A stretch of 64,000 nucleotides of DNA from a virus (Duplodnaviria; Caudoviricetes): IMG/VR virus record IMGVR_UViG_3300005614_000005, positions 1 through 64,000 of that record; one strand, 5' to 3'. The position numbers and the translations under genes were made by a program. Numbering within the stretch: the first letter of the stretch is position 1; the number at the start of each line of letters is the position of its first letter. Shown piece after piece: positions 59,201 through 64,000 of this stretch. The notes below the pieces were generated by a model that ran no database searches, had not been told where the DNA came from, and saw nothing but the letters and a program-made list of their open reading frames with translations.

Positions 59201-61273
59201 GGTGCCATCGGTGGTGAAGGTCGTGGTGTAGCGCACGTACCCGTTGGTGAGGGTGAACGCGGTGATCGTGTTCGTGGCGTTCCCCTGCCCTGCGCAGAGC
59301 TGGATTTTCTCGCCGCCCGCGTTGCCCTTTAGGTAGACCGAGAAGGTGTACACCCCCGCCGGCAGCAGGCCCATGTTGAACACCGTTCCCTCAAACGCGA
59401 GCGCGTTGGTAGTGACAACTTCGAGGTGCTGGACGCCACTCTGGTTCCCTCCGAAGCTCGTGCCCCTCACCGTCAGTGTGGCGCCCGCGTTCAGGAACCA
59501 CCCCGGAAGCGTGGTGCTCCACGTCGCGGGGACGCCGCCGACGGTGTCGTACTCGAACGAGGGGTTGCTGACGTAGTTCGTCACCGCCGACGGTTCGAGC
59601 GAGTCGCCGTCGAAGTAAGGGGTCGGGATGGTAACACTCTGTCCCGCCACGCCTTCCCACACGAACCCCTGCGAGTCGCCGTCAACGTACGGCACCGCGC
59701 CGGAGGACCGCGCGATCATCGCGCCGTCCGTGAACCACGTCCAAGTTTCCGTGCCGTTCGTCCGCACCGCGATGATCACCCGGTTCTGCGCTTCCTGTTC
59801 AACGGTGGTCACGGTGAAGGTCAGTTCATAGCGGGTCCAGGTCGTGGTAAGCGTGAGCGACGAAGACGCGACCGCGCCGGCACCCGTCCCGACGATGAGG
59901 CTGACTTTCTCGCCACCCGCGTTACCCTTCAGCCAGATGGACCCTCGGAAGGTGTCGCCCACTTTCGGTTTCGCGGTGGTGCAGCTGACGCCGTTACCTT
60001 CGTTGACGGCCGTGGAGTTCGTGACGATCTTGAGGCACTTGTTCCCGACGATGCCGCCCGTGCCTTCGACAACTTTGGAGGCCGGTACGTTCGCGTAGAG
60101 CGCGCTCCAGAGTGCAGGTGAGCCACCGGTCGTGTCGTACTCGAAGCTCGGGTTGAGGACGTAGTTCGCGACGGGGCCGGGAACGGGGAGCGGACCGTGG
60201 CAGAGCAGCGCGTTGTCGATGTTCATGTCCATCACGTGCGAGGCGGCTTCTTCGTTGAAGTACGTGAGGACGAGGCGAACTTCGTTGTAGAACCTGAACG
60301 CCGGCACGACGTTTTCGAGCGTCAGGGTCTGGGCGGGGGAACCCGTGCCACTCAGGGTGACCTTGGACCCTGAGACGGTCGCTTCCACTTTGCCACTGCG
60401 CAGGAACTGGATGCTCAACTGAACCTTGAGGTTGGTCAAGCTTCCGACGTTGTTTGAGACGGTGACCTGCGCCGAGTAGGTCGAGAAGGGGGTGCACGGC
60501 GCGGTGAACGTTTCGGCGGTGAACGTGGAGCCCGCGCCCGCTATGCCCTTGGCGTGGAGTGAGTTCAGCCCCGACACGCCGTGTTCGGCGCGCACCTTGA
60601 ATTCTTCGAACGTGAACGTGCCGGTGCTGGCGTGCGCCCACCCGAACGGTTCTGCGCCCAGCGTGTCGTGCTCGAAGGAGGGGTTCTGCACGAGGTTGAA
60701 CAGTTCGATGACGGCGAGGTTGACCATCTCACCTCCGGCCGCCCCCTTCATCCAGGCGCCGGCGGTGTAGGGCGCGTTCGTCTTCGGGAGCGGGAAGCTG
60801 TCAGTTGTCCCGACGTTGCCTTCACCGTTGAAGCCAGGACCACCCCAGATGACTCCCTGCCCCGCAGCGACACCGTTCGACGCCGCGAGGACGGCGAAGT
60901 CGAAGCCGTTGAGGTCGTGCACTTCTTCCTGCACGACCGTCACCGCGCCGGTGCCAAAGATCGACCCGCCCGTCGAGTTCGGAGGTTCTGCAACCTGCGG
61001 GTTCCACACGTAGTTGGTCGCTTCGGGGTCGGTGGGCTCGATGACCCGCACCTTGATGACGGGACTCGGCCGCTCGGGCACGCTGCGCCCGAACGCGGTC
61101 GCGCCCTCGGTGTCAACCGACTTGGCGAGGTGGACGTCCTCGGGCGCGGGCTCGTACGTCGCGCCGTCGAGGAAGACGCCCTGCCCGCCGCGCCACGCGC
61201 TCAGCTCGAGCGGTTCGTTTTCGTTCGACTCCGTGTAGGGGTTGATGGTGATGCGCTCGGCGAGGATTGTCAT
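56243..61273 (-). CDS. Large tail protein with repeated carbohydrate-binding-like modules
   Basis: NPSFE(H/Y)DT x3 plus one NPQV variant; KG(N/A)AGGE x3; Y(F/V/A)DG repeats; follows the tape measure. Confidence 0.8.
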   Translation of the reverse strand: MTILAERITINPYTESNENEPLELSAWRGGQGVFLDGATYEPAPEDVHLAKSVDTEGATAFGRSVPERPSPVIKVRVIEPTDPEATNYVWNPQVAEPPNSTGGSIFGTGAVTVVQEEVHDLNGFDFAVLAASNGVAAGQGVIWGGPGFNGEGNVGTTDSFPLPKTNAPYTAGAWMKGAAGGEMVNLAVIELFNLVQNPSFEHDTLGAEPFGWAHASTGTFTFEEFKVRAEHGVSGLNSLHAKGIAGAGSTFTAETFTAPCTPFSTYSAQVTVSNNVGSLTNLKVQLSIQFLRSGKVEATVSGSKVTLSGTGSPAQTLTLENVVPAFRFYNEVRLVLTYFNEEAASHVMDMNIDNALLCHGPLPVPGPVANYVLNPSFEYDTTGGSPALWSALYANVPASKVVEGTGGIVGNKCLKIVTNSTAVNEGNGVSCTTAKPKVGDTFRGSIWLKGNAGGEKVSLIVGTGAGAVASSSLTLTTTWTRYELTFTVTTVEQEAQNRVIIAVRTNGTETWTWFTDGAMIARSSGAVPYVDGDSQGFVWEGVAGQSVTIPTPYFDGDSLEPSAVTNYVSNPSFEYDTVGGVPATWSTTLPGWFLNAGATLTVRGTSFGGNQSGVQHLEVVTTNALAFEGTVFNMGLLPAGVYTFSVYLKGNAGGEKIQLCAGQGNATNTITAFTLTNGYVRYTTTFTTDGTKVCYCGVRTATAAAVTMFMDAAQVTAGEPATPPEYADGDITGNQWSGVRGQSESLVDGGSAYEWLEAPGRSFSWKGAKVLETLSTTWRWYTVSRNWGTGPRGAVISYNSNATTQSWFTTGAALVQLPELAEYFDGTWPGCHWEGPPNVSSSFRPGPGGPRRDAIMADIERTVAAVSRNHSGTLRRTLVGGHQITFDLLNAQLTWDEQQFAAGGVAAGTIRFTSQPYGRSPEFAPHVDELTFGRPQDYFMQKGLFTDFAFTNHLRVTAKTGEEHVAVYKASRYPYFAAEVETQWEVGSVVSGTKYGCILAWQNESNYIEGYLTDNGTNSTLKIDAVIEGVRQKIRETNLAARVTVGQKFTLRFVSENNALLLVYFPAWQEENAWKENPTAAAYSEEAGVLNWNVFMPTLCGWSLNANGSSTFTMQRFKVSPYVFQGREELGAVEAFITGVPGTAPALGRVVVTEETGNSQWWWSWGQQLVEVPQEWLFRSLWLGGKGLLQTELFGALADGSTSRFVELNFSPPTGASGAKQRFNYVNEVKITEKPVAIGAGTLPPGTYQIFIRAFEPTTNHAKATINIDWGPGDGRAHTSNEAVQLPGRGDYYLLNLGQVTIPEKVPGWGGHAASGHGTITLLAGGTYTAAGPNTLAGHDVVYFDGAGIAIPVSEGGGRAEGIVALSPDVNVYTFEDFHQDTNKALLNGLVPSINGQNVIPGGKWETSGATTDFEVSKSGEEANLVRAVGTDAGKYRFGKMVSTYLEKLGIVQCDIGIFSPAGTGIKMGVMFDWTSEENWIGFVYNSTTEQWEIIQHTALKETVLAAQKSGVAGVASPMNELCTVRAIIDSGKRAYLWAWPTLSGYQGQSVVCKGLVTSERSGVPGILESCSSTKPRSYQNWWVGPFASDAAILGGSSLELASNRVSRASSVEVQPVSRYEGDYLRVPVLTKARQASRIVMKMCRNDPTTQPDAGTHDEIRMQLSVTPRWANIPET

Positions 61274-63999
61274 ACGGGCAACAGCCTTCTGGACTGCGCG
61301 TTACGCGCGAGTGACTTGTTCACGTAGGTCGTGATGTCGCGCTTCTTACCATCAACTACTGACTCTACCCGTGTCGTAAAGTCGGCCAAGTCACCGTGCA
61401 GGTGAATCTCGGGCGTCCCACCCGCGCCCATGCTGCCCCCGACGAACGGGTTGAGCGACCTCGGAATGATCGCCTCTCCCTCGTGGACGAGCGCCTGTCC
61501 GGTGCGGGGTACGTAGGTCGTGCCGGCCTCGAACGCCCCCACCATTTCTTTGAAGACCGGCGCCTGCGCCTTGAGCACGAGGTTTTCTTGCTCTACGAGA
61601 CGGAGCTTTTCTTCGAGCGCGGGCTTGAGCAGCGATTCCCTTTCGCTTTCGGTGCCCCCGGTCGTAGACTTCGGAAGCGTGGGCGCGATGGGCGCTTCGC
61701 TGGCGTCCTGGATGTTGCGGAAGTCGAGCGCGAGGCTCGGCAAGCTCTGGGTGTTGATCTGCAGGATCGCACCGTCGAACTTGGCGGCGCCCTCGGACAG
61801 ACCGTGGATGTCTTTGATGATCTTCCCGATCTCACCGCCCGTGCCGACACGTGTCGTGCTTCCGCCGAGCGTGGTGAGCTCGCTGTCGATCGGTTTGAGC
61901 GACTGTTTCAGTTGGGTGTCGAGCAGTTTTTCGTAGGCCGTCGTGACGGCTTCCCTAGAGGATGACACCGAGGTAGACGGGCTCCGAAGCTGGTGGATGT
62001 CGCCGGAGATACGGTGCGATTCGTCCTCCAGCGAGTGCAGGAGCGCCTTGTCCTGCTGCTTGGAGGGCTTCTGTTTCTCGAACATGATCGCTTCCGAGAC
62101 GGCTTCCTTGTGCGTCTCAGCGTCGAAGATGAGCTCGTCTCGCATCGCTTTCGCCTCGGACGCGGACAGTTTGTGCTTGGCTTTGCTGACGCGACGACGC
62201 GCGGCAACGATCGCCAGGTGTTCGAGCTGCTTTTCGATTTTCTTCTTCCTGCTGAGTGCCCTCCCGATGACCACTTCCACGAGGCTCTTGCGATTTTCAC
62301 GTTCGCTGATCGCCAGGGAGATGCGCTTCATCGCCTTCTGGAACGTCTTCACCTCGGTCTTGAAGAACCCTTCCTCGAACTGCCGGTTCAGGAACTGTGC
62401 CTGCAGGATGTTCATCCCCGAGTGGAGTGGCTCGCCGTCGATGATTGTGGAGCTGAGGATGCCGATGTCGGGCCCAGTCAGGAGGTGATGCGTGTCCTGC
62501 GAGGTGATCCAGTCCAGAAGCTGGCCCTGTAGGGTCATCTCCGGTGTCGCTTCGCCGGCGCCCGCGATAGCTTCTTCGTTGACCCGCTTCGCGTGCATCG
62601 TGTCCCACCCGACCTGCAGGTTCGGCGGGAACGTGGGCGTCAGGTAGGACATGTCTTCTGGCAGGATGAACGCGCCGTGCGGGTCCTGCTCGATCTGGCC
62701 GAGCAAGCTGTACTGCTGATCGAGGATCGAGAGCTGGCTTTCAAGCCCCGACGCGACTTCGGGCAGGTGTTCCACGTCGGGGTAGGTGCTAAACGGGGAC
62801 GTCAGCGCCCTCACAGACGTGTTTGGTTTGCTTCTGTGACCACCTGACTTGTTCTTGCCCTTACCCTTCGAGAGGTGCTGCTTCGAGCGTGAGATGGCTG
62901 CCTGGTGCGTGGGGGAGCCATGTGCGGTCTTTCCCCTACCGGCCTGACCCCCGCCGGCATACCCCTTGTACCCGCCACCGAGCAGTCCGGTCATCTGGGC
63001 TAGGCGCTGCATCGTGCCGTACCGCGATTTGATGTACGCGAACGCGGCGAGCGCGTTGTCCACGGGGTTCATCCGGTTGTGATGGCCGGGCTTCGCGAAC
63101 GAGTTGAAGGTGGAGCTGATGACCTGGAACGGACCAGCGGGGTCGAGTTCGCCGCCGAAGTTGTGGGGCGCGAGGTTCTGTCCGCCGCCGCTCTCCTTCG
63201 AGAGGAGGGTGCGCACCAGGTTCGGTTCCCACGGTACCCCGTCCGCCTTGGACGCGAATTCCGCGATCTTCATGATGTTGCCGTGGGGCATGGTGCCCCA
63301 GTCGCCCCCGCCACCCTTGCCGCCAGCTTCGGAGATGAGCTTCTGGAGCGCTTCGTTCGCGCTCTTGCCGACGCCGCCGAGGGCCGTGTTCGCCAGCTTG
63401 TTGAGCGCCGCCGGGCCGCCCGCGACGGTCGGGGTGCTTACGCCGAAGGACCCACTACCCGGACCGATGCCCGGCGCGTGACGCTGGACGAAGCCAGGGA
63501 GCGCGGAGCCCGCGTACCAACCGGCGCCGTCGGCGCCGTGCGTCCCGAAGAACCGTCCGTCGATGGACATGAAGGTGTGGATCGGGTTCGCGTAGACCGT
63601 CACTGCGCCGGGGCCGGGGAGGCCCCAGTTCATGAGTTCTCCCGACACCTCGGGCCGACCGAGTAGGTGACCCGCGTGCAGTACCGCTGACACGGAGCCG
63701 GAGCAGTCGTACCCGAGCTGCGGTGGGCCGCCGGAGCTGGACGCCGAGCCGACAGACGGGACGCCGGCGGTGCCGTGCCCGCCGCCCCAGGCGTAGGGGA
63801 AGTGCTGTGCGTTGATCTTGTTCGCCTCCGCGATCATCGCCGCGAGCTCCGCGGGGCCGCCAGTTATGCCGCCCTGCGCGAACTTGGCGGGCGCCGAGTG
63901 CGGCGTCGTGACGCGCTGGTAGAGCTCGGGAAGGCCGCCCTGCATGCCGATGGCCTTGAGACCCATCTGCACGTAAGGAATCTGGTGGTGGTTGATGAT
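61270..63999 (-). CDS. Tape-measure-like protein (5' partial) with NlpC/P60 and lytic transglycosylase domains
   Basis: PYAWGGGH..YDCSG..HTF; KESGG..GPFQ..NPVDN..YIKSRYG; ALVHEGE; frame open to the window end. Confidence 0.85.
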   Translation of the reverse strand: MINHHQIPYVQMGLKAIGMQGGLPELYQRVTTPHSAPAKFAQGGITGGPAELAAMIAEANKINAQHFPYAWGGGHGTAGVPSVGSASSSGGPPQLGYDCSGSVSAVLHAGHLLGRPEVSGELMNWGLPGPGAVTVYANPIHTFMSIDGRFFGTHGADGAGWYAGSALPGFVQRHAPGIGPGSGSFGVSTPTVAGGPAALNKLANTALGGVGKSANEALQKLISEAGGKGGGGDWGTMPHGNIMKIAEFASKADGVPWEPNLVRTLLSKESGGGQNLAPHNFGGELDPAGPFQVISSTFNSFAKPGHHNRMNPVDNALAAFAYIKSRYGTMQRLAQMTGLLGGGYKGYAGGGQAGRGKTAHGSPTHQAAISRSKQHLSKGKGKNKSGGHRSKPNTSVRALTSPFSTYPDVEHLPEVASGLESQLSILDQQYSLLGQIEQDPHGAFILPEDMSYLTPTFPPNLQVGWDTMHAKRVNEEAIAGAGEATPEMTLQGQLLDWITSQDTHHLLTGPDIGILSSTIIDGEPLHSGMNILQAQFLNRQFEEGFFKTEVKTFQKAMKRISLAISERENRKSLVEVVIGRALSRKKKIEKQLEHLAIVAARRRVSKAKHKLSASEAKAMRDELIFDAETHKEAVSEAIMFEKQKPSKQQDKALLHSLEDESHRISGDIHQLRSPSTSVSSSREAVTTAYEKLLDTQLKQSLKPIDSELTTLGGSTTRVGTGGEIGKIIKDIHGLSEGAAKFDGAILQINTQSLPSLALDFRNIQDASEAPIAPTLPKSTTGGTESERESLLKPALEEKLRLVEQENLVLKAQAPVFKEMVGAFEAGTTYVPRTGQALVHEGEAIIPRSLNPFVGGSMGAGGTPEIHLHGDLADFTTRVESVVDGKKRDITTYVNKSLARNAQSRRLLPV

Positions 64000-64000
64000 C

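Larger units (their letters stand above)
1..64000. mobile_element. Tailed phage or prophage genome segment
   Basis: Terminase, prohead protease, tail genes, phage replication operon and many small ORFs; no host housekeeping operons seen; boundaries not visible. Confidence 0.9.

Noticed and set aside
53409-61273. Diversity-generating retroelement acting on tail genes
   Set aside because: No reverse transcriptase and no adenine-variable template/variable repeat pair were seen.

Overview
The window looks like part of a large, high-GC tailed phage or prophage, probably with an actinobacterial host (inferred from GC content, leaderless promoters, and MSMEG_6728- and DUF2786-like genes). Layout: a partial phosphoesterase and a small serine recombinase (0-1.8 kb); a divergent control region with iteron-like repeats (~1.8-4.7 kb); many small accessory genes, including tRNA-Gln(CTG) and a tRNA-like element (5-24 kb); head-associated genes, including a 2H-phosphoesterase/MuF fusion (24-29 kb); a replication and nucleotide-metabolism operon (31-49 kb); terminase and an XkdF-like protease (49-52 kb); and a convergent tail and lysis block (52-64 kb) ending in a partial tape-measure-like protein with NlpC/P60 and SLT domains. 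The strongest candidate for a new system is a cytosine-hypermodification pathway: a dCMP-type thymidylate-synthase homolog, a dNMP kinase fused to a UDG-like domain, a dUTPase/dCTPase-type enzyme, a T4 beta-glucosyltransferase-like protein, and a C5-methyltransferase homolog with intact catalytic motifs but remodelled SAM-binding motifs. All calls come from motif reading by eye; no database searches were run.
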